Counted from the first letter of the stretch, positions 9,858 to 19,900 are shown. The stretch is 64,000 nt of DNA from an uncultured Chitinophaga sp. (GCA_964581455.1 CAZOOT010000001.1:2807-66806); one strand, 5' to 3'. The notes: a model not told the origin generated them from the letters alone. Program-made: numbers and translations.

Positions 9858-11066
9858 CCTATTTGAGCCTGAAAGATCTTTTTCAATCAATACTACTCCC
9901 GGCTTTTTCCCTTTTTCAAAACTTCCCAATTCATCATCCCATTTCAGTGCTTTTGCGCCGTTAATTGTGGCCCATTGTAAAATAGTTTCAAGGGGAATAG
10001 AGGGAAAATTAGTATGAATGGCCTGCATTTCTTTGGTAATATTCAGTTGCCAGTTGCTGCTGTAACTATCCGTGCCTAGTACGATAGGGCAAAAATTATT
10101 CATCAGCATTTCTATGGGCGGTACTTTGTTTTCGATATAGAGATTGGCATTTACGCAAAGACACCAGATCAATTGCAAACCGGTTTTTTCTGAATATTCT
10201 TTTGCAAACATAACATCCTCTTCAGGCATGAATGTATTATGAATCAGGAAAATGGTTTGTCCATTATTAAAATGAGGAAGTACTGACCGGATACTGCTCA
10301 TACCGGTAACAGGAAAAGGTGATTCGTTGATGCCAAAAATTTTAAACAGTTTCAAATAATCTCCGCCTCCGGTTTTGTACAGCTCATCTTCAGCAGGGTG
10401 TTCCTGGTTATGAATGGAGATGACCTGGTTCTTTGTTAATTGATTAATTAGCTTAAAGGTTTTTGGGCTGATACTGTAAGGGGCATGAGGAACGAGGGAT
10501 GTGCGATGCCGGATGTTGGATGTTGAAAGTTGATGATTGAAAGTTTGAGCTACTTTTTTATAGTGTTCTATATTTTCTTCTACTTTTTCGTCGGTAAAGC
10601 TGAGTACTTCTACAAAGTTCTGCCAACGGATTCTGCTTTTGCTTTTTACTTCTGCAGTATCAGCTGTATTTCCAATATCACCTATAGCAACAATTCCTCC
10701 ATCGTACATTTCTTTTTCAGCATCAATGATTGCAAGCATTTTCATTTTAGCAGGGTCTTCGAAAGCCTCCCCCATTGGGGGAGGTTTGGAGGGGGCTTCT
10801 CTTTTGGTAACAACAGAACAAAGAAATTCAATAAGCCCGGTATGTGGTGGAATAACATTTTTCAAATGGCTGAGTTCAAGATGGCAATGGCAGTTGATGA
10901 AGCCGGGGGAAAGAATACCTGTGAAAGTTTGAATATCATCTCCTGCATCTGAAGTAGAAATGATTTCTTCAACTATACCTTTATCATTCGTTATCAGAAC
11001 ATGGTTCTGATCCAGAAGCCTGGTACCATCAAATAACTGGTCTGCCTTGTATTTTTTATGAACCAT
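9849..11066 (-). CDS. Amidohydrolase family protein (metal-dependent deaminase/chlorohydrolase-like)
   Basis: Metal-binding HxH motif in [14 protein letters not shown], and later HAPYS and GTDS motifs. I chose the ATG at 11066 ([14 protein letters not shown]) because the longer ORF would overlap the prfA promoter. Confidence 0.75.
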   Translation of the reverse strand: MVHKKYKADQLFDGTRLLDQNHVLITNDKGIVEEIISTSDAGDDIQTFTGILSPGFINCHCHLELSHLKNVIPPHTGLIEFLCSVVTKREAPSKPPPMGEAFEDPAKMKMLAIIDAEKEMYDGGIVAIGDIGNTADTAEVKSKSRIRWQNFVEVLSFTDEKVEENIEHYKKVAQTFNHQLSTSNIRHRTSLVPHAPYSISPKTFKLINQLTKNQVISIHNQEHPAEDELYKTGGGDYLKLFKIFGINESPFPVTGMSSIRSVLPHFNNGQTIFLIHNTFMPEEDVMFAKEYSEKTGLQLIWCLCVNANLYIENKVPPIEMLMNNFCPIVLGTDSYSSNWQLNITKEMQAIHTNFPSIPLETILQWATINGAKALKWDDELGSFEKGKKPGVVLIEKDLSGSNRLT

Positions 11067-11116
11067 TTGGTAAAATTCCAAAAAACAAATTCGAAAACCC
11101 AAAAAACTATTCTTGT

Positions 11117-11124
11117 TACCTTTG
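11117..11124 (+). promoter_or_regulatory. -7 box (TAccTTTG) upstream of prfA
   Basis: Perfect TAnnTTTG match 46 nt upstream of the ATG at 11170. Confidence 0.4.
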
Positions 11125-11169
11125 CCCGCCATTGGATTTTTGTAATTTAAAAATTTGGAATTTTTTCTT

Positions 11170-12234
11170 ATGCTGGACAAATTAGAAGCCATAAAAGCAA
11201 GATTTGATCAATTGGGAGTTGCACTTACCAATCCTGAGGTTGTAAGTGACAATAAAAAATTTGTAGCTACCAGTAAAGAATACAGAAGCCTGGAAAAAAT
11301 AGTAAATGCATATATGCAATACAGGAAGCTGCTGGACGATGTAGCATTTTATAGAGAAGCATTGAATGGTGATGATGAGGAGATGAGGGAGCTGGCAAAG
11401 ATTGAAGCACCACTGATTGAAGAGAAAAAAGAAAAAATGGAAGCGGAGATCAGGCAAATGTTGATTCCAAAAGATCCGCAGGATGATAAAAATGCGATCA
11501 TTGAAATTCGTGCCGGCACCGGTGGAGATGAGGCCAGTTTATTTGCTGGCGAATTATTAAGAATGTATATCCGTTATTGCGAAAGACGGGGATGGAAGAC
11601 TGCAGTACTCAGCGAAAGTGAAGGAACGGTTGGCGGCTATAAAGAAGTACAACTGGAAGTGCAGGGTAACGAAGTATATGGCATATTAAAGTTTGAGAGT
11701 GGTGTACACCGGGTTCAAAGAGTTCCGGAAACAGAAGGATCAGGCCGGGTGCATACATCTGCAGCTACCGTGGCTGTTATGCCTGAAGCAGAAGATATCG
11801 ATTTTCACCTGGATGAAAGTGATGTGAAGATGGAAACAGCCAGAAGTGGCGGCGCCGGGGGTCAGAATGTAAACAAGGTAGAAACAAAAGTTATGTTGAC
11901 GCACATACCAACGGGCACTGTTATAGTTTGCCAGACTGAGCGATCACAACTTGGCAACAGGGAGAAAGCAATGAACATGCTCCGGACAAAACTGTATGAA
12001 GAGCAGGTAAGAAAACAAGAAGATGAAATTTCCCGGCACCGGAAAAGCCTGGTGAGCAGTGGTGACAGAAGCGCCAAGATCAGAACCTATAATTTCCCAC
12101 AGGGAAGGGTTACCGACCACCGGATCGGACTTACTTCCTATAACCTTCCTGCTTTTATCAATGGAGACATCCAGGAATTTATTGATGCTTTACAATTTGC
12201 TGAAAATTCTGAGAAGCTGGCAAAACATAATTAA
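11170..12234 (+). CDS. prfA: Peptide chain release factor 1
   Basis: GGQ motif in [16 protein letters not shown]. The [23 protein letters not shown] region is of RF1 type, with no in-frame frameshift site as in prfB. Confidence 0.95.
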   Translation: MLDKLEAIKARFDQLGVALTNPEVVSDNKKFVATSKEYRSLEKIVNAYMQYRKLLDDVAFYREALNGDDEEMRELAKIEAPLIEEKKEKMEAEIRQMLIPKDPQDDKNAIIEIRAGTGGDEASLFAGELLRMYIRYCERRGWKTAVLSESEGTVGGYKEVQLEVQGNEVYGILKFESGVHRVQRVPETEGSGRVHTSAATVAVMPEAEDIDFHLDESDVKMETARSGGAGGQNVNKVETKVMLTHIPTGTVIVCQTERSQLGNREKAMNMLRTKLYEEQVRKQEDEISRHRKSLVSSGDRSAKIRTYNFPQGRVTDHRIGLTSYNLPAFINGDIQEFIDALQFAENSEKLAKHN

Positions 12235-12748
12235 TCTGTTAATTCATCGAAGCCTATGTTTTTGGTAGTTGTAAAAGACCAGGCAACCTTGGTTATGATA
12301 AAAAGGATATTGTCCTATTCAGACATTTGTATAGGCTAAATGCACATATGAAATATGAAGAAAAAAAATATTCTTAAAAATCCGGCATGTTCGCAGGATA
12401 GGTTGATAGTGCTGATAAGTAACTGAAAATTATAGATGAGGTCTATTAATTTGAGCAATTTGTCATTAAATGGTCAATTCAAACGAGCCCCGGATGGTAA
12501 TTTGCAGATAATTGAAGTAGAGACCGGATATAGTCTTTAGTAACTGATGCTCTTTACTTTGAGGACGCCGAAATCTTGAAAAATTTCTACGAAAATTTCC
12601 GATTTTGTTTAAGTGATATTACGGATCAGAGCTTTAGTTATTCATTAACACAAGAAATTATACTAATGGCAGTAAATTTGCGTTATACAATTGTACGATC
12701 AAAAATTTAAAATTATCATTTTTCTCATAAGCAGTTAGTTTTGGTTGC

Positions 12749-12780
12749 GACCCCAGTTTCTACTGGGGTCAATTTTTTTT
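12749..12780 (+). terminator. Orphan intrinsic terminator in a gene-free spacer
   Basis: 9-bp stem GACCCCAGT/ACTGGGGTC with loop TTCT, followed by AATTTTTTTT. It lies 515 nt downstream of the prfA stop. Confidence 0.6.
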
Positions 12781-12850
12781 ATACCCTCAAATGAATTGGA
12801 TTTTTAGTAATACAGAGTAGTTACCTGGATAAAAGTGGGGCTACTATAAT

Positions 12851-15103
12851 TTAGAAATTAATAATAATTGCTGCTTTCAGAAATCTTGGTGATCCGGGAG
12901 TATAATGAATTTCTGAAACCGGGTTGGCTTCGGACTGCAATCTTGAATTTGTTTCAAATTGAGCTTCTCTCCATTCCACATTAAATAAGTTTTCAGCAGA
13001 CAAATTGAGTTCTGCTTTTTTAAAAACATAAGCAATTTGTATATCAGCTATAAAATATCCTTTTGCTCTTACAGAGTTAAATTCATTAGTTGGCCGTTCA
13101 CCGATAAATCTGTATCTGATTGATCCGCTGAATCCATTTTTTGATTTTGCTGTTATTCCGCCGATGCTGGTAAAAGAAGCAGCCAGCGGAACATAGTCTT
13201 CTCCTTTTACTGATTCAATTGTTCTGGCTTTTGTTAAATTCAGATCCATATCCCCGTATAGCCATTTGTTGAATTGGTACCTGATGGAAAGATCCAATCC
13301 TTTTCTCCTGGTTTTACCACTGGGTTCAATAATTCCTTCATCGCCTACATATACAAATTCCTGTTCTGAGTAAAGTTGCCAGAAAGCAGTTTTGATTATT
13401 AAATATTTTGTTGGCATTAATATTAAACCAATATCTGACCCGATTACTTTAGGTAAAATATCGGATGCTTTATTATTGAGTATAACCCTTGTGTCATTGG
13501 AATGAAACCCAATTCCATTGTTAAAATAAATTTTAACCTTTGGAGAGGCAGCGTATACAAAATTTAATTTTGGACTTAAGATGCTTCTTTGTTGCTGCTG
13601 AAAAATATAATCAGCTGATAAAATGTTACGGTATTTAAATTGAAAAAAATCGTAGCGGAGACCGCCGTTAATACTAAATTTATTATTGAACTCCAGGTTC
13701 TGATTCCACGTTAAAAAACTGTTGCTTTCATCTACATCACCTTTTTGCAATGTATTTAGAAATTTCCTGTTGATTGTTTTTGTCAGTTCAATGTCGTTTA
13801 TGTCGTCGAGCCTGAAACCTGCTCCGAATTCTGAAGTTGTATTTATATTACCGGTTTTCCATGATTTTGAAATGCTGCTCGTATGTCCAAAAACATTTCT
13901 TTTCTCCCTTTGGTTGATCTGATCTCCGTTGATGGAATCGTTTAGAAAAAATGTAAAATTTGAATAAAGATTAAACTGATAACGGCTATAATAAAACTGG
14001 CTGTTGCTTTTCCAGTTATTTTTCCATTGTTTGGCAAACTGGATATTGAAATTACTGCGACTTGTATTTCCTCCTTCACTATTATCAATTGATCCAAAAC
14101 TGCTGATCATTCCACTTTTTACGGCTCTTTCAGGAATTTGTCCCGAAGCATCCCATTTGCTTTCAAAAGTTGATGCAGTAAAAATCAGATTAGTTTGCTG
14201 GTTCAGCCATAGGTTGTATTTACCTATGAGATTAAAGCGGTGAAAGTTCTGTGAACTTTCAAAATAACTATCCGATTTGGAATATTCTGTAGCGATGTAA
14301 AATTGTTGTCTGTTATTCTCCAGCTCTTTATTATATACTTTAAATAAAGCCACAGCTCTTTGAGTATTAAACTGTCCGGCTTCTAATTTTATCAAATTTT
14401 TTTTTAAGAATTCTTTTGTCTGAAACTCTACAAAACCGGCAGTTGCCTGGTTCCCTTTATTGGTAAAATAAGGTCCTTTATCAAAATTTACTTTTTCAAT
14501 AGTTTCCGGAATCAGAAAATGAAGATCAGCATATCCCTGACCATGTGCATGGCTAACCATATTTACCGGCATGCCATCAACTGTGATATTGATATCTGTG
14601 CCATGATCAATATCAAATCCTCTTAAAAAAATCTGCTCCGCTTTTCCTCCTCCTGCATGCTGTGCAATAAATAAACCCGGAACTACTCTTAATACATCCT
14701 GTGAAGTATTTACAGGACGAAGCATAATATCCAGGTTATTTAATGTATTTAATGATGAATTTTTTCTGCCGCTTATTTTTATTTCTGCCAGGTCAAGACT
14801 GGATTTTTTCATGATCACCGATACATTACTAATCTTGTTCTCTTTAATTTCTACTGGAATGATTTCTGTTTTATATCCTATATGTGTTGCTACCAATTCA
14901 TATTGTCCCGGAATAATGTCTGTTATTCTGAATTTACCAAACTGGTCAGTATTATCTCCTTTTAACTCTGAACTGATATGTAAGCTGGCACCGGTTAAGG
15001 GTGAAGAGGTTTCTCCATCTTTTATAGAGCCTTCAATAATTCCTTTTTGTGAGAATAAATTTATTGAAAACAGAAGCAGGATTATAAGAATTAGCTTTTG
15101 CAT
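12851..15103 (-). CDS. TonB-dependent receptor with an N-terminal carboxypeptidase-regulatory-like domain
   Basis: Signal peptide. The CarbopepD_reg-like segment GIIEGSIKDGETSSPLTGASLHI.., a plug region (VLRVVPGLFIAQHAGGGKAEQIFLRGFD) and the C-terminal barrel ending ..AAIIINF. Confidence 0.9.
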   Translation of the reverse strand: MQKLILIILLLFSINLFSQKGIIEGSIKDGETSSPLTGASLHISSELKGDNTDQFGKFRITDIIPGQYELVATHIGYKTEIIPVEIKENKISNVSVIMKKSSLDLAEIKISGRKNSSLNTLNNLDIMLRPVNTSQDVLRVVPGLFIAQHAGGGKAEQIFLRGFDIDHGTDINITVDGMPVNMVSHAHGQGYADLHFLIPETIEKVNFDKGPYFTNKGNQATAGFVEFQTKEFLKKNLIKLEAGQFNTQRAVALFKVYNKELENNRQQFYIATEYSKSDSYFESSQNFHRFNLIGKYNLWLNQQTNLIFTASTFESKWDASGQIPERAVKSGMISSFGSIDNSEGGNTSRSNFNIQFAKQWKNNWKSNSQFYYSRYQFNLYSNFTFFLNDSINGDQINQREKRNVFGHTSSISKSWKTGNINTTSEFGAGFRLDDINDIELTKTINRKFLNTLQKGDVDESNSFLTWNQNLEFNNKFSINGGLRYDFFQFKYRNILSADYIFQQQQRSILSPKLNFVYAASPKVKIYFNNGIGFHSNDTRVILNNKASDILPKVIGSDIGLILMPTKYLIIKTAFWQLYSEQEFVYVGDEGIIEPSGKTRRKGLDLSIRYQFNKWLYGDMDLNLTKARTIESVKGEDYVPLAASFTSIGGITAKSKNGFSGSIRYRFIGERPTNEFNSVRAKGYFIADIQIAYVFKKAELNLSAENLFNVEWREAQFETNSRLQSEANPVSEIHYTPGSPRFLKAAIIINF

Positions 15104-15122
15104 CAGTGGTTTTGTTATGCCT

Positions 15123-15145
15123 TATATACGGGAGTATATACCGGG
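15123..15145. promoter_or_regulatory. Candidate operator: tandem TATATACGGG / TATATACCGGG in the divergent promoter
   Basis: Direct repeat 12 nt apart, which also reads as the inverted repeat TATATAC-GGGA-GTATATA. A third, inverted copy CCCGTATAT lies at 15232-15240. Confidence 0.4.
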
Positions 15146-15286
15146 CAGATTGCATGTTTTTCAACTTAAATCTCTATTTATCTCAATAGCGGGAATAAAA
15201 AAGTTGGTATTAAATCTATAATTCAGCAGTGCCCGTATATGAAGCAATTCATTCCGTACTGATCTAATTCCAATACGGCCAAATCA

Positions 15287-15988
15287 ATGAAAATTATAAA
15301 ACCTAAAAAAAATTTTATGACAAGAAGAAAAATCGTTTTATCCGCCCTTGCAGGAGTAATTATGATGGGCTCCATTATTTATGCAGCAGATCATATTGAT
15401 GCACCGGCTGTAACCGGTGCCGGCAGTGCCAGCCTGGGAACAGACATTACCGACATTTATGCTTTTCAAAATCCTGCAGATAATTCCCAAATGGTATTTG
15501 TTATTAATGCGCAGGGCTTGCTTTCACCATCTGCTACAGGTTCCGCAACATTTCCTTCCAATGTGATGTATGAACTGAACATTGACAATACAGGGGATAA
15601 TGTAGAAGATCTCGTAATCCAGTTCCTGGTACAAAAAGGAAAATTAAGGGCTTATGGTCCGATAGCTCCGGGATCAACCGGAACTATGAGTACGGTAAAA
15701 ACAAATGGCCCTTTGACCGAAGCTGATGTTACAGCTTATGGAGCTTCTCCTGTAATTGGGAGCAATGCAAATGGAATTAAAGTTTTTGCTGGTCCGAGAG
15801 ATGATCCTTTCTTTTTTGACCTGAGCAGGTTTAAGGAAATTCTTGGCGGCACACAGCCGGGATTCCGCAGCCCGGGTGTAGATGCATTTGCAGGTACAAA
15901 TGTGATGTCTATTGTAGCAGAAATTCCCAAAGCAATGTTGGGCAGTGCTGCAACTATTAATGTTTGGGCAGAAACTAAAATGAAATAA
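15287..15988 (+). CDS. DUF4331 family secreted protein (N-terminal-type half)
   Basis: Signal peptide. The motifs ADHIDAP....DITDIYAF and FAGPRDDPFFFDL are characteristic of DUF4331. Confidence 0.7.
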   Translation: MKIIKPKKNFMTRRKIVLSALAGVIMMGSIIYAADHIDAPAVTGAGSASLGTDITDIYAFQNPADNSQMVFVINAQGLLSPSATGSATFPSNVMYELNIDNTGDNVEDLVIQFLVQKGKLRAYGPIAPGSTGTMSTVKTNGPLTEADVTAYGASPVIGSNANGIKVFAGPRDDPFFFDLSRFKEILGGTQPGFRSPGVDAFAGTNVMSIVAEIPKAMLGSAATINVWAETKMK

Positions 15989-16018
15989 CTAATCCGTTAA
16001 TCAAAAAAATTAAAAATT

Positions 16019-16552
16019 ATGAATCGTTTAAATAAATTAACCCTTTTATCCGGCATAGCAATTATTTTACTTGCGACAGGATGCAAAAAAGATAAAACAA
16101 GTATAGAGTCATTTGATACAGCCGGCAACTATTCCCAGGTAGATCAGATGGGGAGACCAGCAATCAATACCGTTTTTGTGAGTGCTGGCCGGAAAAATGA
16201 ATTCAATACAATCATTCCTTCACAAATGAATGCGGCTTTCAATGCACAATTTCAATCTGTGTTAACCGGATTCGGATATAGTTCCAATGCATTGGGTATG
16301 GATAAGGCAACATTTGCCGGAGCACTGGTTACTGATGTACTGAATGTAAAAATGAGCGGTACAACAACCTTTTTTGACGGTACAAACGTATTAACCGGAA
16401 GGGCATTGGCTGATGATGTGATCGATACAGAGTTATTACTCATTTTCGGTGGGGGAACCGGAGCTTCTAATCCCGGTTTGACTAAGGATAATGTAAACGG
16501 AAATGACAAACTATTTTTAAGCAGTTTCCCTTTCCTGGCTTCACCTCATTAA
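16019..16552 (+). CDS. DUF4331-like lipoprotein (C-terminal-type half)
   Basis: Lipobox LLATGC. MGRPAINTVFV and the terminal FLSSFPFLASPH resemble the C-terminal part of DUF4331 proteins. Confidence 0.6.
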   Translation: MNRLNKLTLLSGIAIILLATGCKKDKTSIESFDTAGNYSQVDQMGRPAINTVFVSAGRKNEFNTIIPSQMNAAFNAQFQSVLTGFGYSSNALGMDKATFAGALVTDVLNVKMSGTTTFFDGTNVLTGRALADDVIDTELLLIFGGGTGASNPGLTKDNVNGNDKLFLSSFPFLASPH

Positions 16553-16574
16553 AAAAAATAAATTATTTATTCAG

Positions 16575-16607
16575 ATCCGGGCTTAGTAACGATAAGCCCG
16601 GATTTTT
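16575..16607 (+). terminator. Intrinsic terminator after the DUF4331 pair
   Basis: 11-bp perfect stem ATCCGGGCTTA/TAAGCCCGGAT, 7-nt loop, then TTTTT. Confidence 0.65.
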
Positions 16608-16621
16608 AAAACCAACCAAAT

Positions 16622-17935
16622 ATGAACCGGATTATTATTTCACTTTCAGTTTTATGCATATTCAGTGCATGTAAAAACAACAGGATTGCTCATCCATCTG
16701 ACTATAATGTTTTTCTTTTTGATAATAATCGGATTGAGAAGCCACTAGAAAAAGTAAACACAGAAATAGATTTTTGGCAACAAAAACTTTCAGAAGATAC
16801 CGGAAGTTATGTTAACATGCTGGAACTGGCATCCAACCACATCAAACGGTTTAAAGTATCCGGACATGTAAATGATCTTCATGTTGCCGATTCATTTTAT
16901 GCCAGGTGTCTTTCCAAAGTCAAGAATACAGAACCTGAAATATATTTTTCAATTGCCCAGAATGCGATTACACAGCATCGCTTCCAGGATGCATGGAAGT
17001 ATTTAAACCTTGCAGACAGTATTGGTGTCAATCCTTATGTCATTAAACTCCTGAAATTTGATGCAGCCATGGAAATAGGATTATACCAGGAAGCAGCAAA
17101 TAACCTGGATCAGGTAAAGAACGAAAATGAATTTGATTACCTGGTACGGAAAGCTAAATGGGAAGATCACAACGGCCATTTGGATAAAGCTATTTTGCTA
17201 ATGGAAAAGGCATTGGTACTGGCAGAAGACTCAAAAAAAAATTCAATGATCCTCTGGGCAAAATCTAACCTTGGCGATATGTATGGTCATGCAGGTAGGG
17301 TAGAAGAAGCCTATAAAAACTACCTGGATGTTTTGAAAATTGACAGTTCTTATTTGTATGCCTTAAAGGGAATTGCCTGGATCGCCTATTCTCATGATAA
17401 GAACACAAAAGAAGCAACACGTATCCTTCATTATATATTATCACAAACAAATATGCCAGACCTGTATCTTACCCTGGCTGAAATTGCAGAATGGGATGGA
17501 GATACTACATTGAAGAAGGAATACACTTCAAAATTTCTTTCTATTGTGGAGAATCCTGCATATGGAAATATGTACAATAAATACCTCATTAATATTTACG
17601 CCGGAGAATTAAAAGATTTTGATAAAGCCTTGGCAATAGCAGAAAAAGAAGTAGCAAGCCGGCCAACTCCTGAAACATACAATTGGTTGGCCTGGGTTTA
17701 TTATCAGCAGGGAGAAGTTAATAAAGCCAGAGAACTGGTTCAAAATTATGTTTTGGGAAAAACATTTGAACCTGATGCTTTGTTGCATGCCGCTTATATT
17801 TTTCAGGATACCGGTGAAAAAAATACGGCTAATAAGCTATTTCAGGAATGTATAAGCAGTTCATTTGAATTGGGTCCTGTTGCTATTGATGAAATCAAAA
17901 AGAAATTTGAATACGGAACAAGGGCTGGTTTTTAA
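16622..17935 (+). CDS. Tetratricopeptide-repeat (TPR) lipoprotein
   Basis: Lipobox LCIFSAC. Repeated 34-aa helical units have the A/Y/W pattern (e.g. EAYKNYLDVLKIDSSYLYALKGIAWIAY, NWLAWVYYQQGEVNKARELV). Confidence 0.7.
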   Translation: MNRIIISLSVLCIFSACKNNRIAHPSDYNVFLFDNNRIEKPLEKVNTEIDFWQQKLSEDTGSYVNMLELASNHIKRFKVSGHVNDLHVADSFYARCLSKVKNTEPEIYFSIAQNAITQHRFQDAWKYLNLADSIGVNPYVIKLLKFDAAMEIGLYQEAANNLDQVKNENEFDYLVRKAKWEDHNGHLDKAILLMEKALVLAEDSKKNSMILWAKSNLGDMYGHAGRVEEAYKNYLDVLKIDSSYLYALKGIAWIAYSHDKNTKEATRILHYILSQTNMPDLYLTLAEIAEWDGDTTLKKEYTSKFLSIVENPAYGNMYNKYLINIYAGELKDFDKALAIAEKEVASRPTPETYNWLAWVYYQQGEVNKARELVQNYVLGKTFEPDALLHAAYIFQDTGEKNTANKLFQECISSSFELGPVAIDEIKKKFEYGTRAGF

Positions 17936-17962
17936 ACTTAGGACATTGTCTCTTTATTTGTT

Positions 17963-18346
17963 TTATCCTCCGGAAGACCGGGGGATAATTTTTTTTAAGG
18001 CAAAATAATATCCGGCCAGGCATCCCAGCCCATCTGCTACAATATCGAAGATGTCAAAAGAACGATAAGGAATAAATCCGAATTGAATGATCTCCATGAG
18101 TATTCCATATAAAAAAGATAGCAGCATTATTTTTACAAATATTTTTTTCAGTTGACCCTGCTTATTAACTCCGGCAAAAGCCCAACACCAAAAAATAACC
18201 AGCACTAAAAACAGTCCGATATGTACCCACTTGTCAAACCAGATTTTATTTAGCCAATTGAGTTTTGGGAATTCATTACCCGGCATACTTAGTAGTATCG
18301 TTACAATTACCAGCCATGCAATGGCAGCAAAGACCGGAAGTTTCAT
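17963..18346 (-). CDS. VanZ family membrane protein
   Basis: Four hydrophobic helices and the FDKWVHIGLF and DIVADGLGCLAGY motifs typical of VanZ-like proteins. I chose the ATG at 18346 (MKLPVFAAIAW). Confidence 0.7.
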   Translation of the reverse strand: MKLPVFAAIAWLVIVTILLSMPGNEFPKLNWLNKIWFDKWVHIGLFLVLVIFWCWAFAGVNKQGQLKKIFVKIMLLSFLYGILMEIIQFGFIPYRSFDIFDIVADGLGCLAGYYFALKKIIPRSSGG

Positions 18347-18427
18347 CGTTTTCAAAAAGTAAAAGTTGAATGTTAATAAAATAAAATCAACATTGGTTCC
18401 TGTTGCTAAAATAGTTCTTTGCAGCAT

Positions 18428-18464
18428 GTGAAAAAGAAAAAGGAGCCCCCAAAAGAGGGCTCCT
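18428..18464 (-). terminator. Intrinsic terminator after the ECF sigma/anti-sigma operon
   Basis: 8-bp stem AGGAGCCC/GGGCTCCT. On the minus strand it is followed by TTTTCTTTTT. Confidence 0.55.
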
Positions 18465-18561
18465 GCATAAAACCAACTATAGAACCAAAACCACTATAGC
18501 ATTAAGCGATCGGACTAATACAGATACGAAATAAATAATGGAACAGTTTTAAAAGAAGAAG

Positions 18562-19335
18562 TTATAAATTTCCAAGCACTACCATTTTTTCCAAAGTTGG
18601 TGTGGGGCTGCCGCCTTTCCTTTCTATGGTTATAGCAAATGCCTGGGCAGCCTGTGCATTCTTCATCCGGTAAAGCTGAAGCGGCTTTTGGGTAATTTCA
18701 AATACACCCATATCAATTGGTTTGCCATCCAGCAAGGCCCAGAGTTGGTATTGTTCATCAGAAGCGGGGACCGGAAGATTATTAATCAGCAGGTAAACAT
18801 CATGTGATGTAGTATCCCAGTAAACTATCGCAGATGATTGAGGTGAATATTGCGTGCCGGCCAATATGGCTATCTTATTTGAACCCTGGAGTATTTTACT
18901 ATCCTGTTCTATTTGCGCCAGGCGGTTATTAAATTCGGTCAAATTAGCTTTAATATTTCTATTCTCGTTTTTCAGGATCATATTCCACCATAAGCTTCCG
19001 GCCAATAAAATAAAACTGGCAGCAGCAGCAAAGCGTAACCAACCTGTGGAACCTGAACTTATTTTTCTTACCGGGGCTTCAGTAATAGGAATAACAGGAG
19101 CAGTCTGCTTATCTGAAAATATTTCAGCAGCTATTTTTTGTTTCAGCTCCTGTGGTGCAGGCATAGCATTTTCCATGGCTTGTTTTTCCACCTGCAACTC
19201 AAAAGCATCACGGGCTGCTTTGATTTCAGGATATTGCTCACAGACTTTTTCAAACTCAAGTTTTTCCTGCTCATTAAGCATGCCAAGCACATAGCTTTCT
19301 ATAATTCCACTTGATATGTATTCCTTTGTATTCAC
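18562..19335 (-). CDS. Anti-sigma factor (RskA / anti-sigma-K type)
   Basis: The N-terminus EYISSGIIESYVLGML, one TM helix (WLRFAAAASFILLAGSLWW), and a C-terminal domain with YQLWAL.DGKPIDMGVF....AFAITIERKGGSPTPT. GTG start, 6 nt after the sigma gene stop. Confidence 0.8.
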   Translation of the reverse strand: MNTKEYISSGIIESYVLGMLNEQEKLEFEKVCEQYPEIKAARDAFELQVEKQAMENAMPAPQELKQKIAAEIFSDKQTAPVIPITEAPVRKISSGSTGWLRFAAAASFILLAGSLWWNMILKNENRNIKANLTEFNNRLAQIEQDSKILQGSNKIAILAGTQYSPQSSAIVYWDTTSHDVYLLINNLPVPASDEQYQLWALLDGKPIDMGVFEITQKPLQLYRMKNAQAAQAFAITIERKGGSPTPTLEKMVVLGNL

Positions 19336-19340
19336 TTATT

Positions 19341-19883
19341 TCATTGTATCATAATTCTTAATTGGCTTAATGCCGTTCTTATTCTGGTTTTTACAGTGCC
19401 TAATGGAATTCCCAGAATTTTTGAAATTTCCTCATGAGTAAATCCCTGGAAAAATGACAGGTCAATCAAAGTTCTGTACTCTTCTTTCAATTTCGTCAAC
19501 ACTTTTCTTAATCCTACATCACTGGTCTCAGGATTTACACTCACAGTTATTCCCTCATTTACGTTGTCAGAAATGGATTGGTTTTGCTGGCTGTTTCTGA
19601 ATCCCTTGGATCTTACTTTGTCAATTGCAGCATTTCTTGCAATGTTCAGCATCCAGGTAAATAATCTCCCTTTTTGCGGATCATACAGCTCTATTTTTTT
19701 CCAGATATTTATGAAAACTTCCTGTAAAACATCACCTGCAATTTCTTTATCTGTCACCACCTGGTTGATGATGGTGAATAAAGCTCCCGAATAATTATCA
19801 TAGAGGTAATTAAACCCATTATTGCTCTGTTCTTTCAGCATAGCAATAAGCTCTGGTTCGCTATATGTAATTTTTGGGCTCAA
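19341..19883 (-). CDS. ECF (group 4) RNA polymerase sigma-70 factor
   Basis: Region 2 (YLYDNYSGALFTII...VLQEVFINIWKK) and the region 4 helix-turn-helix (FFQGFTHEEISKILGIPLGTVKTRIRTAL). TTG start. Confidence 0.9.
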   Translation of the reverse strand: MSPKITYSEPELIAMLKEQSNNGFNYLYDNYSGALFTIINQVVTDKEIAGDVLQEVFINIWKKIELYDPQKGRLFTWMLNIARNAAIDKVRSKGFRNSQQNQSISDNVNEGITVSVNPETSDVGLRKVLTKLKEEYRTLIDLSFFQGFTHEEISKILGIPLGTVKTRIRTALSQLRIMIQ

Positions 19884-19900
19884 AAGTTGGTTAAAGCTAA

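Noticed and set aside
10530-10952. 140-aa and 97-aa plus-strand ORFs overlapping the amidohydrolase gene.
   Set aside because: They are shadow frames of the minus-strand gene, which carries the HxH metal motif.
12235-12850. tRNA, tmRNA or a CRISPR array in the gene-free spacer.
   Set aside because: No T-loop (GGTTCGAATCC-like) or acceptor-stem pairing is present, and there are no regularly spaced direct repeats.
15104-15286. Cobalamin riboswitch or Fur box upstream of the first TonB-dependent receptor.
   Set aside because: No B12-box-like sequence and no GATAATGATAATCATTATC-like Fur palindrome is present. The TATATACGGG repeats are reported separately as an unknown motif.
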